Shown: positions 50,585 to 60,234 of the stretch, piece by piece
Numbering within the stretch: the first letter of the stretch is position 1
Layout of the letters: each line of letters begins with the position of its first letter
Assembly (NCBI GenBank): GCA_036338695.1
Contig: JAYZBQ010000009.1
Span: 52,529 to 116,528 of the forward strand
DNA length: 64,000 nucleotides
Source: Myxococcota bacterium
Lineage (GTDB): Bacteria > Myxococcota > UBA4151
Direction: 5' to 3'
The notes under the pieces: generated by a model
Told to the model about the DNA's origin: nothing
The model's database searches: none
The model's input: only the letters and a program-made list of their open reading frames with translations
Made by a program: the position numbers and the translations under genes

Positions 50585-52042
50585 ATGAGCTTTCCTGAGC
50601 ACCTGATTATTGGTGGTGAGAAGGTCAAGCCCGCAAGCGGCGCCACCTTCTCGAGCATCAACCCGGCCGATGAGTCGATGATCTGCGAGGTCCCGGAGGC
50701 TGGCGAAGCCGAGGTGAACCAAGCGATCGACAGCGCACGCCAAGCGTTTGATGACGGGCGATGGAGCGACCTGCCGCCGGCTAAACGCGCGCGCGTGCTG
50801 CGCAAGCTGGCGGGTCTCGTGCGTCAACACAACGCTGAGCTGGCGCGCCTTGAGACGCTCGAGGTCGGCAAGACCGACTTTGACGCCGCTAAGATTGAGA
50901 TCCCAACGGTCGCCAACATCCTCGATTATTACGCAGGCTTCACCGACAAGCTAACGGGTGACACCCTGCCGAGCGAGGCGGGCGTTCTGCGGATGACGCT
51001 GAGGCAACCCGTCGGTGTCGTCGGCGCCATTACGCCTTGGAACTTCCCCTTGCTGCTGGCGACCTGGAAGTTCGCTCCAGCCCTCGCCATGGGCAACACG
51101 GTGGTCCATAAGCCGGCGCAGGTCTCGAGCCTCTCGGCGCTACGGTTCGGCGAGCTGGCTCTCGAAGCTGGCGTCCCTGCGGGCGTGCTCAACATCGTCC
51201 CGGGCGCAGGCTCGGTGGTGGGCGAGCGGTTGGTCACCCACCCGTCCATCGATAAAGTCAGCTTCACGGGCTCGACCTCAGTCGGGATCGGGATCCAGCA
51301 AAAGGCGGCGCAAACGCTCAAGCGCGTCACGCTTGAGCTCGGCGGCAAGTCACCCAACATCATCTTTGAAGACGCCGACCTTAAAGCCGCCATACGCGGC
51401 GCCATGACCGGCATTTTCTACAACAAGGGTGAAGTCTGCGCCGCCGGGAGCCGGCTGTTGGTGCAGCGCTCGATCTATGAGCAGGTCTGCGCCGCCGTCG
51501 CTGAGCAGGCGGCTAAGTTTACCCCGTCGGCGCCGATCCCAGGCGATGCCCGCTCGGCGCGCATGGGACCGGTCGCCTCCAAAGCGCAGTTCGACTCGGT
51601 GCTCGAGCTGATCGCTACGGGCAAAAATGAGGGCGCCAGGTGCCTGACCGGCGGTCAGGCGCACGATAACGGCACCGGCAAAGGGTATTACATCGAGCCG
51701 ACGGTCTTTAGCGATGTCGACAACCGCATGCGGATCGCTCAAGAGGAGATCTTTGGACCGGTCCTGTGCGTGATCCCCTTCGACGATGAGGCAGAGGCGG
51801 TCGCCATCGCCAATGACTGCAGCTACGGGCTCGCAGCGGCGGTGTGGACTCGAGACGTCGGCCGCGCCTTGCGCGTGGTGCGCAAGGTCGACGCCGGCAC
51901 GGTCTGGGTGAACGCCTACAACCTCTACGACCCGTCGCTGCCCTTTGGCGGCTTCAAGGCGAGCGGTTACGGTCGTGACCTCGGGGAAGCGGCGCTCGCT
52001 GGATACACCGAGTCCAAATCGGTCTGGATCAACCTCGGCTGA
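50585..52042 (+). CDS. NAD-dependent aldehyde dehydrogenase
   Basis: PWNFP, FTGST, ELGGKSP, catalytic Cys (GEVC), EEIFGP, PFGGFKASG. ATG 50585 follows AGGAG. Confidence 0.95.
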   Translation: MSFPEHLIIGGEKVKPASGATFSSINPADESMICEVPEAGEAEVNQAIDSARQAFDDGRWSDLPPAKRARVLRKLAGLVRQHNAELARLETLEVGKTDFDAAKIEIPTVANILDYYAGFTDKLTGDTLPSEAGVLRMTLRQPVGVVGAITPWNFPLLLATWKFAPALAMGNTVVHKPAQVSSLSALRFGELALEAGVPAGVLNIVPGAGSVVGERLVTHPSIDKVSFTGSTSVGIGIQQKAAQTLKRVTLELGGKSPNIIFEDADLKAAIRGAMTGIFYNKGEVCAAGSRLLVQRSIYEQVCAAVAEQAAKFTPSAPIPGDARSARMGPVASKAQFDSVLELIATGKNEGARCLTGGQAHDNGTGKGYYIEPTVFSDVDNRMRIAQEEIFGPVLCVIPFDDEAEAVAIANDCSYGLAAAVWTRDVGRALRVVRKVDAGTVWVNAYNLYDPSLPFGGFKASGYGRDLGEAALAGYTESKSVWINLG

Positions 52043-52046
52043 GCGC

Positions 52047-52676
52047 ATGAACGAACTTCAAGAGGGCCTCGAGGCGCTCAAACGCGGTGATCTGGAGCAA
52101 GCGCGCTCAGCGCTCGCCGCCGCCATTGCGCGCGCCCCGCTCAACGCAGACGCTTATGAGGCGCTCGCCACCGTGCTCGAGCAGCAAGGTCGAATCGAGC
52201 TGGCTCGCAACCTGTGTGAGACCGCAATCGGACAGCTGCCCAAGGCGCGCTTCCTGCACCGCAAAGCGGTTGAGCTCAACGTCGCCCTTGAAGACTACGA
52301 GAGCGCCGAGCGGGCGGCCGAGCGCTTTGTCCTCGCATTTGAGGACAGCAGCGACGCCTGGCTTGCGCTGGGCGATGTGCGCGCCAAATCCGGCAAAACA
52401 GATCGAGCGCTGCGCGCCTATCAGCACGCGCAAGAGCGCACGGACGAGGACTGGCGCCCCTGGCATCGCATGGGGCTGATCCATGAAAAGAAGGACGACC
52501 TTCGAAGCGCCTGCGTCGCCTTTCGCAACGCTGCGCGCCATGCCCCCGAGAACCACCGACCGCTGCGCGCCCTGGCTCGGATCTTGAAAAAACAAGGCAA
52601 AGCCGACGAGGCGCGCCAAAACTTTGATCAATCACAAGCCTTGGCTTTAGCCGAAGAGGAACAAAAGACACATTAA
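52047..52676 (+). CDS. Tetratricopeptide repeat protein
   Basis: Repeated A[YW]..L[AG]......G....A...[YF] TPR pattern. Confidence 0.8.
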   Translation: MNELQEGLEALKRGDLEQARSALAAAIARAPLNADAYEALATVLEQQGRIELARNLCETAIGQLPKARFLHRKAVELNVALEDYESAERAAERFVLAFEDSSDAWLALGDVRAKSGKTDRALRAYQHAQERTDEDWRPWHRMGLIHEKKDDLRSACVAFRNAARHAPENHRPLRALARILKKQGKADEARQNFDQSQALALAEEEQKTH

Positions 52677-52713
52677 GCGCTTTGCCTAAGCGCTGACGTT
52701 GTATGAGATCATC

Positions 52714-53661
52714 ATGAAAGTTATCGAACACCTCGCGCAATCTAAAGAACCCCCGATCAGCTTTGAGATCATCCCGCCACGTCGCGGCGGGAGCCTCGAG
52801 TCGCTGATGAAGCTGGTGTCCGAGCTGGCGGTTCACAAGCCTCCGTTCATCGACATCACCAGCCACCCTGCCGTGATCAGCTACGAAGACGGCCCCGAGG
52901 GCTTGCGACGGGTGGTGAAGCGCAAACGCCCGGGAACGCTCGGTGTGTGTGCGCTGGTTCAACACAAATTCGGTATCGACGCCGTGCCGCACGTGATCTG
53001 TCGCGGGTTCTCCAAGGAAGAGACCGAGGATTTCCTGATCGAGCTTCACTATCTCGGGATCGACAACGTGCTGGCGATCCGCGGTGACGACAACGGCTAC
53101 GACAAGCCGATGCGCGACGGGCGCTCGAACAACCCCTTCGCTCGAGACCTCGTCGAGCAGCTCAGCGAGATGAACAACGGGCGCTACCTCGACCGAAACC
53201 AGAGCTCGGACCCCACCTCGTTCTGTATCGGCGTCTCGGGCTACCCCGAGAAACACTTCGAAGCCCCCAACATGACCGAGGACCTCAAGCACCTCAAAGC
53301 AAAGGTGGACGCCGGCGCGGAGTACATCGTGACTCAGATGTTCTTCAACAATGAGCACTACTTTCGATTTGTCGACAACTGCCGAGCGATGGGCATCACC
53401 GTCCCGATCATCCCGGGTCTCAAAATCCTCTCAAGCCAGCGACAGCTCTCGGTGTTGCCGAAAACCTTTTGGTGCGAGCTGCCCGAAGAGCTGGTCGCCA
53501 AAGCTCGCTCAGTCGACCCCAAAGACATCGTTAAGGTCGGTATTGAGTGGACGGTCAAGCAGAGCAAAGAGCTCCTCAAAGAAGGGGCGCCCTCGCTCCA
53601 CTACTACGTCATGCAGAACACGCGATCGGTCGGTGAGGTGCTCAAGCAGCTCAAGCGCTAG
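52714..53661 (+). CDS. metF: 5,10-methylenetetrahydrofolate reductase
   Basis: SFEIIPP, PHVIC, LAIRGD, GYPEKH, KVDAGA, TQMFF, PIIPG. Confidence 0.94.
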   Translation: MKVIEHLAQSKEPPISFEIIPPRRGGSLESLMKLVSELAVHKPPFIDITSHPAVISYEDGPEGLRRVVKRKRPGTLGVCALVQHKFGIDAVPHVICRGFSKEETEDFLIELHYLGIDNVLAIRGDDNGYDKPMRDGRSNNPFARDLVEQLSEMNNGRYLDRNQSSDPTSFCIGVSGYPEKHFEAPNMTEDLKHLKAKVDAGAEYIVTQMFFNNEHYFRFVDNCRAMGITVPIIPGLKILSSQRQLSVLPKTFWCELPEELVAKARSVDPKDIVKVGIEWTVKQSKELLKEGAPSLHYYVMQNTRSVGEVLKQLKR

Positions 53662-53969
53662 CGGTGCCCCCCGCCGCAGGGCGGGGCTTTCAGCGTCACG
53701 TCGCCATCGGCGGCGTCGTACTCGGCGGGCGTGAGGCAGCGCATTTGCAGCGCGTGCACGGGCCCTGCGAGCTCCTCGGCGAGGCAAGCGTAGACCTGGC
53801 GTTGTCGGCTGACCAAGCTCTGCCCCTCAAAGGCACGCGCCACGATGACCACCCGAAAGTGGCTCTCGGTCGCAGGCCCGGCATGCCGGGCGGAGTCGTT
53901 GTCGAGCCGCAGCCGCTCAGGCGAGAACGCGCTGATCAGCTTGTCTTCGATGATGGCGTGTAGACTCAT
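53658..53969 (-). CDS. bolA: BolA family protein
   Basis: NDSARH, ESHF, FEG..LV.R.R.VY, HAL, PPC.GG tail. Confidence 0.93.
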   Translation of the reverse strand: MSLHAIIEDKLISAFSPERLRLDNDSARHAGPATESHFRVVIVARAFEGQSLVSRQRQVYACLAEELAGPVHALQMRCLTPAEYDAADGDVTLKAPPCGGGHR

Positions 53970-56095
53970 CCGAACTCCATGGTGTCATCAGGCTGTAAGA
54001 ACGAGGCGATGATGGTTCGGACGCTGCCGTCTGTAAACCGCACCTCCACCTTCGTGCTCGCGCCTGACCCCCGCAGCGACTGGATGACCCCAGACCCGAA
54101 GCGCTCGTGGGTCACGGCGTCACCGGGCGCGTAGACGCCCCCTTCGCGGTCGCCGTAGTCAAACTGAGCGAGCTCATCATAGCTTGAGGTCGGTCGCTGC
54201 GCGGTCTGGCTCGGCGTCGTCAGTCCATAGAGCTTGCGCCCATCGAGCGGATGGTGCGCGTAGCCCTGTACGCCCTCGCCAGCGATCTCTGCGATAAATC
54301 GACTCGGGCGACCAGGGAGCGTCCGCCCGTGGTGCATACGCGACTGCGCCCACGTGATCACCGCCCGGTCTCGAGCGCGCGTCAGCGCTACATACGCAAG
54401 GCGCCGCTCCTCCTCGAGCTGGTCAAAACGTTCGCCTTCTGGGTCGGGCATCGGGAACAAGCCCTCATCCCACCCCGGCAGGCAGACAGCCTTAAATTCC
54501 AAGCCCTTAGACGCGTGGATGGTCATCAGGCGAACCCCCTCGCCGCGCCCTAAATCGCCACCGCCTGCCAGGCTCCAAGCTTCAAGAAATTCGATTAGGT
54601 CTAGGCTTGGACCAGCCAATGTAGAAGCGCTATCAATTAAGCTAATCAGATTAGCTTCACGGTCATCTGCTCGCTCGGGCTCGCGTGCACAAGCCCACTC
54701 TAAGTAGCCGCCGTCATAGATCACCCGCTCGAGCGCCTCGCGTACATCGGCTGGCGGCGGGTCCATCAACTCGAGCAGGGCCTCAAGACCGCGCCGCGTG
54801 CGCTTATCAAGCTTCTGATGATGGGCTCGAATGAAGGGTAGCAACGGTTGACCCTCAGCGGCTGTTCGCACCTTCTCCACGGCGACCCGTCCCAACCCGC
54901 GCGTCGGTCGATTGATGACCCGGAGCAGGTCAAGGTCCGAATCGGGCTGCGCCCAGAGGCGCAGATAGGCCATCACGTCACGCACCTCGCGGGTCTCGAA
55001 CAGCGCCCTTCCGCCGACCAATCGATACGGGATCCGAGCTCCAGCCAGGCCGACCTCGATCCCGCGCAATTGGGCGTTCGTTCGGGCGAGCACCGCCAAC
55101 TGGCTCGCCGGCTCACCGAGCTCAACCCAGCTCGAGAGCTGGCGCACCACCTGCCGCTGTTCAGCGCGTTCATCACGAACCGCAGTCACCTCGACGGGGT
55201 CACCTGCGCCGCGGTGACCGAGCAGATCCTTCCCCAAACGCTGCTTGTTCTTTCCGATCAGACGATTGGCGGCGTCGAGCACGGTCTGGACCGAGCGATA
55301 ATTTCGATCGAGCGTGACTCGGTGGGCGCCCTGGTAACGCTGCTCGAACTTGAGCATCCCGCTGACATCGGCGCCGCGCCAGCCATAGATGCTCTGGTCG
55401 TCATCACCCACCGCCACCACGCGTGCGCCGCGCGCAGCGAAGCCCTCGAGCAGGCGATGCTGCAGCCGGTCCGTGTCCTGAAATTCGTCAACCATGACCT
55501 CTCGAAACCCCGGCGCATGTCCCCCCTCAACGAGCGCCACAAAGCCCTCGATTAACCCTTGAAAGTCGACCGCCCCGGCTCGCTCAAGCGCCGCTCGGTA
55601 TTCGGGCAAACGCGCCTTGGCGAGTTGACCGGCTCGGTCCCAGGTGGGGACCGCAATCTCAGGGTTGAGGCGGCGCTGTTCCATCGCCTTGAGCAGGCCG
55701 CCAGGCGTCACCTGATCGGCGCTCGAGAGCAGGCCCGACACGAGGCTGCGCTGGTCAGCGTCGTCATAGATGATGAAGTCACTCGACCAACCGATCGCAG
55801 GCGCAAGGCGGCGCAGCAACCGCGCCGCGACGCCGTGAAACGTACCACTGATGACGGCGTCCGCTTTGTGACCGACCAAGGTTTTGAGCCGCTCTTTGAG
55901 CTCAGCGGCTGCTTTGTTGGTGAAGGTGATCACGAGCAGTTGATGAGCCGGCTGGCCCTGCTCAAGCAGCCAGCCAAGGCGATGCACCAACGTACGCGTC
56001 TTGCCCGTCCCGGCGCCGGCTAGGATCAACAGGTGACCGCCGTCGTGCTCGGCCGCCAAGCGCTGCTCAGGGTTTAACCCATCAAGGAAACTCAT
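53966..56095 (-). CDS. UvrD/PcrA-family SF1 DNA helicase
   Basis: AGAGTGKT, TFTNKAA, DEFQDT, VGDDDQSIY, NYRS, MTIHASKGLEF, EERRLAYVA, C-terminal Tudor-like domain. Real start ATG 56095. Confidence 0.94.
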   Translation of the reverse strand: MSFLDGLNPEQRLAAEHDGGHLLILAGAGTGKTRTLVHRLGWLLEQGQPAHQLLVITFTNKAAAELKERLKTLVGHKADAVISGTFHGVAARLLRRLAPAIGWSSDFIIYDDADQRSLVSGLLSSADQVTPGGLLKAMEQRRLNPEIAVPTWDRAGQLAKARLPEYRAALERAGAVDFQGLIEGFVALVEGGHAPGFREVMVDEFQDTDRLQHRLLEGFAARGARVVAVGDDDQSIYGWRGADVSGMLKFEQRYQGAHRVTLDRNYRSVQTVLDAANRLIGKNKQRLGKDLLGHRGAGDPVEVTAVRDERAEQRQVVRQLSSWVELGEPASQLAVLARTNAQLRGIEVGLAGARIPYRLVGGRALFETREVRDVMAYLRLWAQPDSDLDLLRVINRPTRGLGRVAVEKVRTAAEGQPLLPFIRAHHQKLDKRTRRGLEALLELMDPPPADVREALERVIYDGGYLEWACAREPERADDREANLISLIDSASTLAGPSLDLIEFLEAWSLAGGGDLGRGEGVRLMTIHASKGLEFKAVCLPGWDEGLFPMPDPEGERFDQLEEERRLAYVALTRARDRAVITWAQSRMHHGRTLPGRPSRFIAEIAGEGVQGYAHHPLDGRKLYGLTTPSQTAQRPTSSYDELAQFDYGDREGGVYAPGDAVTHERFGSGVIQSLRGSGASTKVEVRFTDGSVRTIIASFLQPDDTMEFG

Positions 56096-56150
56096 GCCCG
56101 GCTCTTCTCGGTTTTTGCTGGCAGACTCAAGCCTTCGTGAAGAAGAAAGC

Positions 56151-58079
56151 CTAACGCCAGTAAACCAGCCAGCTGACCATGCGAATACGCCCACCCGTCC
56201 CGGGCTGCCCGCGCACGTCGGACTCGTAACGCAGGGTCTGGGTGCTGCCTGGCCTAAGCTCATCGGTGAGGTCGACGCGCCAAGGCCGCACCTCTTGCCC
56301 TGGGCACCAGCCGGCGCGCCCAAAGGGCCAGGTGCCAAACTGATTAGGGACCACGCCCTCATCGACGGCTTGCTCGCACCCTCTGCGCACATCAGCGACG
56401 CTGTGGTCCTTCTCATGCACCGGGCCATCACCGACCTGGATCCGATGATTGTGCGCGCAGAACTCGGCGCAATTCATAGCGCCGGACATCCCATGACCTG
56501 TGATGTGCGCGACGAACTCGACCCGTTTCACGTCATCCGGGATCGTCACCTCTTTGAGCTCTTGAGCTTCATTGTAGCCGGCGCCATACCCGCCCCCTGT
56601 CCACATCGGAACGACCGCATCCGGGCGACCGAGCTCAGGGGTCGTGCGGCTCAAGCGCAGCTTGATCGTGAGCAGATACTGTTTGCCGTTGGTGCCCACC
56701 TGAAACCGCATCCGGCGCTTTCCGCCTTGCTTGAAGTGCGCGAGCATCGGGGTGATGTCGTGCACCCAGCGGCCCGGGCGTTTGTACGTCGTGATCCAGT
56801 AGGCGAACTCGACACGATCCGGGCAGTAGCTCAGCCTCCCCGACTCCAGCTCGCAGTACTCGCTGCAGCCGTCACCCGGGAGCGTGTTGCCGTCGTCGCA
56901 AGCCTCACCACCCGCCTCGTCGACCTGCCCATCGCCGCAGCCCTCACGTGGCGTTTGCCCGCACAAAAACAGCGGCGCTGAGTAGTCCCACGGGTTGCAG
57001 TTTTCATGTGTGTGGTCCGGGCAATCCATCAACATATCGATCGCCAGGGTGTCGTACCCACGCAGAGCCTCGGTCGAGGGCAGCTCCACCTCAAAAGTCG
57101 TCCCTCCGCCGCCGTGAACCAACCCTTCGGTCAGCAACACCTCGGTGATATCGGGCTCTGCGCGCAGCCGCTCATGGCGCTCAAACTCGAAGTTGAACCC
57201 CTTCGCCTCCTCAGCGACCCATCGGATATCCACGTCCGAGTTTTGCAGGGTCGGGTCGCGCAGCAAGCCGTGCTCACGGAGCCGCTGAAAGCGATCGATC
57301 GAGAAGGTGAAATTGAGGAACGAGCGCGGCTCACGGCGCGCCACATCACCGATCGGACCAACCAAGCCCTGAACCGGCTCCATAATGTAGTGGATCCGCC
57401 CCTCCCAGGCGCTGCGCTGCGCCGGGCTCAGACGCCCGAGCGCTTGGTCGACGAGCCCTTGGGTGTTGCGCACTGAATCCAGCGCCTGCTGATCGCTCGC
57501 GGCGTAACTACCAAAGAAGACGTGGGCGTTCGTCGGGAGCTCGACCAAGAAGCTGCGCAGGTCGCTGTTGATCAAGCCGTTGGTGTACGCCACCGCGCCG
57601 TCGCGCAGGATAAAGTGGTAGCTGTCGCAGCCATTAAACGCTTGGCTGAACTGCCAGCTGCGACCGCCGTTCAAGGGCAAGGTGAAGTCACCCACGACGT
57701 CGGTCACCAACGCCGGGGCTTGCGCGGTGTCTTGGAAGACGAGCGCTCCGCAGCGCACCGGGTCGCAGTCGTCGCAGGCGTCGTTAGGTTCGTAGTTCCC
57801 GTCATCACAGCCCTCATCGCCGGCGACGATCCCGTCGCCGCAGCGCGGCTCGCATTGGTAGCAGCCCTCCTCGGGCGTTCCCTCACACAGCTCACCGTCT
57901 TGAACGACACCGTCGCCGCAACGCGCCGCGACGCAGGCGGTGCTGCAGGCATCGGTCTCAACCGCGTTGCCGTCATCGCAAGCCTCACCCAACTCGACCA
58001 CGCCGTTGCCGCACTTGGGCTCTGGCGCCGGCGACGTGCAGGCGATCACAAGCAGGCTTAGGGTCCAGAGACTTCTCAT
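56151..58079 (-). CDS. Lipoprotein with Myxococcus Cys-rich repeats and peptide-N-glycosidase F-like domain
   Basis: VIAC lipobox, CGDG repeats. 'CNPWDY', 'E...WITTY', 'TGHG...CAEFC..H', 'Q.GTW...RAGWCPG' are PNGase F-type motifs. Confidence 0.78.
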   Translation of the reverse strand: MRSLWTLSLLVIACTSPAPEPKCGNGVVELGEACDDGNAVETDACSTACVAARCGDGVVQDGELCEGTPEEGCYQCEPRCGDGIVAGDEGCDDGNYEPNDACDDCDPVRCGALVFQDTAQAPALVTDVVGDFTLPLNGGRSWQFSQAFNGCDSYHFILRDGAVAYTNGLINSDLRSFLVELPTNAHVFFGSYAASDQQALDSVRNTQGLVDQALGRLSPAQRSAWEGRIHYIMEPVQGLVGPIGDVARREPRSFLNFTFSIDRFQRLREHGLLRDPTLQNSDVDIRWVAEEAKGFNFEFERHERLRAEPDITEVLLTEGLVHGGGGTTFEVELPSTEALRGYDTLAIDMLMDCPDHTHENCNPWDYSAPLFLCGQTPREGCGDGQVDEAGGEACDDGNTLPGDGCSEYCELESGRLSYCPDRVEFAYWITTYKRPGRWVHDITPMLAHFKQGGKRRMRFQVGTNGKQYLLTIKLRLSRTTPELGRPDAVVPMWTGGGYGAGYNEAQELKEVTIPDDVKRVEFVAHITGHGMSGAMNCAEFCAHNHRIQVGDGPVHEKDHSVADVRRGCEQAVDEGVVPNQFGTWPFGRAGWCPGQEVRPWRVDLTDELRPGSTQTLRYESDVRGQPGTGGRIRMVSWLVYWR

Positions 58080-58130
58080 GCCGCCACCTTGCCGTGACCC
58101 CATCGCCTGGTCAAAGGCCGGGGTGATACG

Positions 58131-59042
58131 TCAGTCTTTAAAGCGTGGCGTGTAGCTGTGGCAGTAGGGCGCCTTGCCCGTCTTCTTGTAATAATCTTGG
58201 TGATAATCCTCGGCGGGCCAAAACACCTCGGCGGGCTCAACCTGAGTCGCCACCTGAAAGCCGAGGCGCTTGAGCTCGCCGATTAGGCGTAAGGTCGTCT
58301 GTTCTTGCTCCGAGTCGGTGACAAACACGGCGGAGCGATAATGGGTCCCGATGTCGGGACCTTGCCGGTTCACCTGGGTGGGGTCGTGGATCTCGAAGAA
58401 CTGCCGCGCCAAGCGCTCATAGCTGATGACCTTCGGGTCGTAGACGACGCGCACGGTCTCGGCGTGACCGGTCCGGCCGCGCACCACCTGTTTGTAGGTT
58501 GGGTTCGACGCGTTACCGCCCATGTAACCCGACTGAACGCTCAGCACCCCAGGCATCGCCTCGAGCAGATGCTCGACGCCCCAAAAACAGCCGCCGGCGA
58601 AGAACGCCTCCTGGGTCGCCGTCTCGCTGAACCCAAGGGCCACCGAGTTCACGCAGTGGCGCGTGTTCTTCTGGGTCATCCCTTCGCCGCGAAAGACATG
58701 CCCAAGGTGCCCGTCGCAGCGCGCGCAGCGGATCTCAACGCGCAAGCCATCAGGCACCTCCTTGACGGCGCCCGGCAGCGCCTGGTCAAAGCTCGGCCAA
58801 CCGGTCCCGGACTTGAACTTGGCGCCTGACGGGAACAAGGGCGCGCTGCAGCGCGCGCAGGTGTAGGTTCCCGCCTCCTTGTGGTTGAGAAACTTCCCCG
58901 TAAAGGCGCGCTCGGTGCCGCCCTTCTCGATGACCTGCCGCGCCTGCGGCGTGAGCTCGTTCCACCCTTGGCGCGGCTGCGGCGTCGCCTCCAAGCGGCC
59001 TGAGCAGCCCGCCACCAGCAAGAGCATCATCCCACGTAGCAT
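58131..59042 (-). CDS. msrAB: Bifunctional methionine sulfoxide reductase MsrB-MsrA, lipoprotein
   Basis: LVAGC lipobox. MsrB (GTE.AF, GWPSF, HLGHVF, RHCVNS) then MsrA (GGCFWG, GHAE, HDPT, AEDYHQDY). Confidence 0.93.
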   Translation of the reverse strand: MLRGMMLLLVAGCSGRLEATPQPRQGWNELTPQARQVIEKGGTERAFTGKFLNHKEAGTYTCARCSAPLFPSGAKFKSGTGWPSFDQALPGAVKEVPDGLRVEIRCARCDGHLGHVFRGEGMTQKNTRHCVNSVALGFSETATQEAFFAGGCFWGVEHLLEAMPGVLSVQSGYMGGNASNPTYKQVVRGRTGHAETVRVVYDPKVISYERLARQFFEIHDPTQVNRQGPDIGTHYRSAVFVTDSEQEQTTLRLIGELKRLGFQVATQVEPAEVFWPAEDYHQDYYKKTGKAPYCHSYTPRFKD

Positions 59043-59145
59043 GACGTATCTCCCTCTCGCTAACCGCAGGTCACGGCGCGCTATTCCTTGACAAGATGGC
59101 CGACCCGAGCGGTTTGTCGAGCCTTCGTGTCCTCGAGAGGTGCCT

Positions 59146-60234
59146 ATGAACCCGGTCAACCCAAGCGCCCCCTTGCAGTTCCCCTGCGGTCGATCGATGC
59201 CCAACCGGCTGATGCTGGCGCCGATGACCAACTGCCAAAGCCACGACGACGGTCACCTGAGCGAGGACGAGTACCGCTGGCTGACGATGCGTGCACAAGG
59301 CGGCTTTGGTCTGACCATGACCTGCGCCAGTCACGTCCAAAAGATCGGTCAGGGCTTCCCCGGTCAGCTCGGATTTTTTGAAGCGGCGCATGGCGTCGGT
59401 CACCGCCGGCTGGCGGAAGGGATCCAAGCGCATGGCAGCTTAGCGGTGGTCCAGCTCCATCACGCCGGGATGCGCGCTCCCTTCGCGCTGATCGGCGAGG
59501 CGCCGGTGTGCCCATCAGCGGATGAAGAGACCGGCGCTCGTGCGCTCACCACGCACGAGGTGCATCAGCTGCGCGACGACTTCATCACCGCCGCGCAGCG
59601 CGCCGCCGAGGCGGGCTACGACGGCGTCGAGATTCACGGCGCCCACGGCTATATTTTGTGTCAGTTTTTGAGCCCACAATACAACCGCCGCACCGACGCC
59701 TACGGCGGCTCGCTCGCCAACCGCTGGCGGCTCGTGCTCGAGATCCTCGAGGGCGTACGGTCCGCTTGCGGCTCGTCCTTTCTCATCGGGCTGAGGCTCT
59801 CGCCGGAGCGCTTCGGGATGCAGCCGAGCGAATGCCTCGGCTTGTGTCGACGCGTGATTGACGAGCGCCTCGTCGACTTCCTCGACATCTCGCTGTGGGA
59901 TGTGTTCAAGCCAGCCGAAGGCGCCACCGGCGGTGACGAAAAACGCCTACTCGACGCCTTTACCAGCATGGCGCGCGGCGACGTTCGGCTCACGGTCGCC
60001 GGCAAGATCATGACCGCAGCCGACGTGCGCTGGGTCTTGGCGCAAGGGGTCGACTTTGCCGCCATCGGGCGTGCTGGGATCCTGCACCACGACTTCGCAC
60101 GCCAGATCATCGACGATCCCGAGTTCACCCCGCGCAGCACGCCGGTCTCGCGTGCGACGCTGGCAGCCGAAGGGCTCGGCGAGGACTTCATCGAGTACAT
60201 GACCCGCTGGAAGGGCTTCGTCGACGAGACTTAA
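59146..60234 (+). CDS. NADH:flavin oxidoreductase (Old Yellow Enzyme family)
   Basis: NR.MLAPMT, QLHHAG, GYDGVEIHGAHGY...QFLSP..N.RTD.YGGS..NR. Confidence 0.93.
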   Translation: MNPVNPSAPLQFPCGRSMPNRLMLAPMTNCQSHDDGHLSEDEYRWLTMRAQGGFGLTMTCASHVQKIGQGFPGQLGFFEAAHGVGHRRLAEGIQAHGSLAVVQLHHAGMRAPFALIGEAPVCPSADEETGARALTTHEVHQLRDDFITAAQRAAEAGYDGVEIHGAHGYILCQFLSPQYNRRTDAYGGSLANRWRLVLEILEGVRSACGSSFLIGLRLSPERFGMQPSECLGLCRRVIDERLVDFLDISLWDVFKPAEGATGGDEKRLLDAFTSMARGDVRLTVAGKIMTAADVRWVLAQGVDFAAIGRAGILHHDFARQIIDDPEFTPRSTPVSRATLAAEGLGEDFIEYMTRWKGFVDET

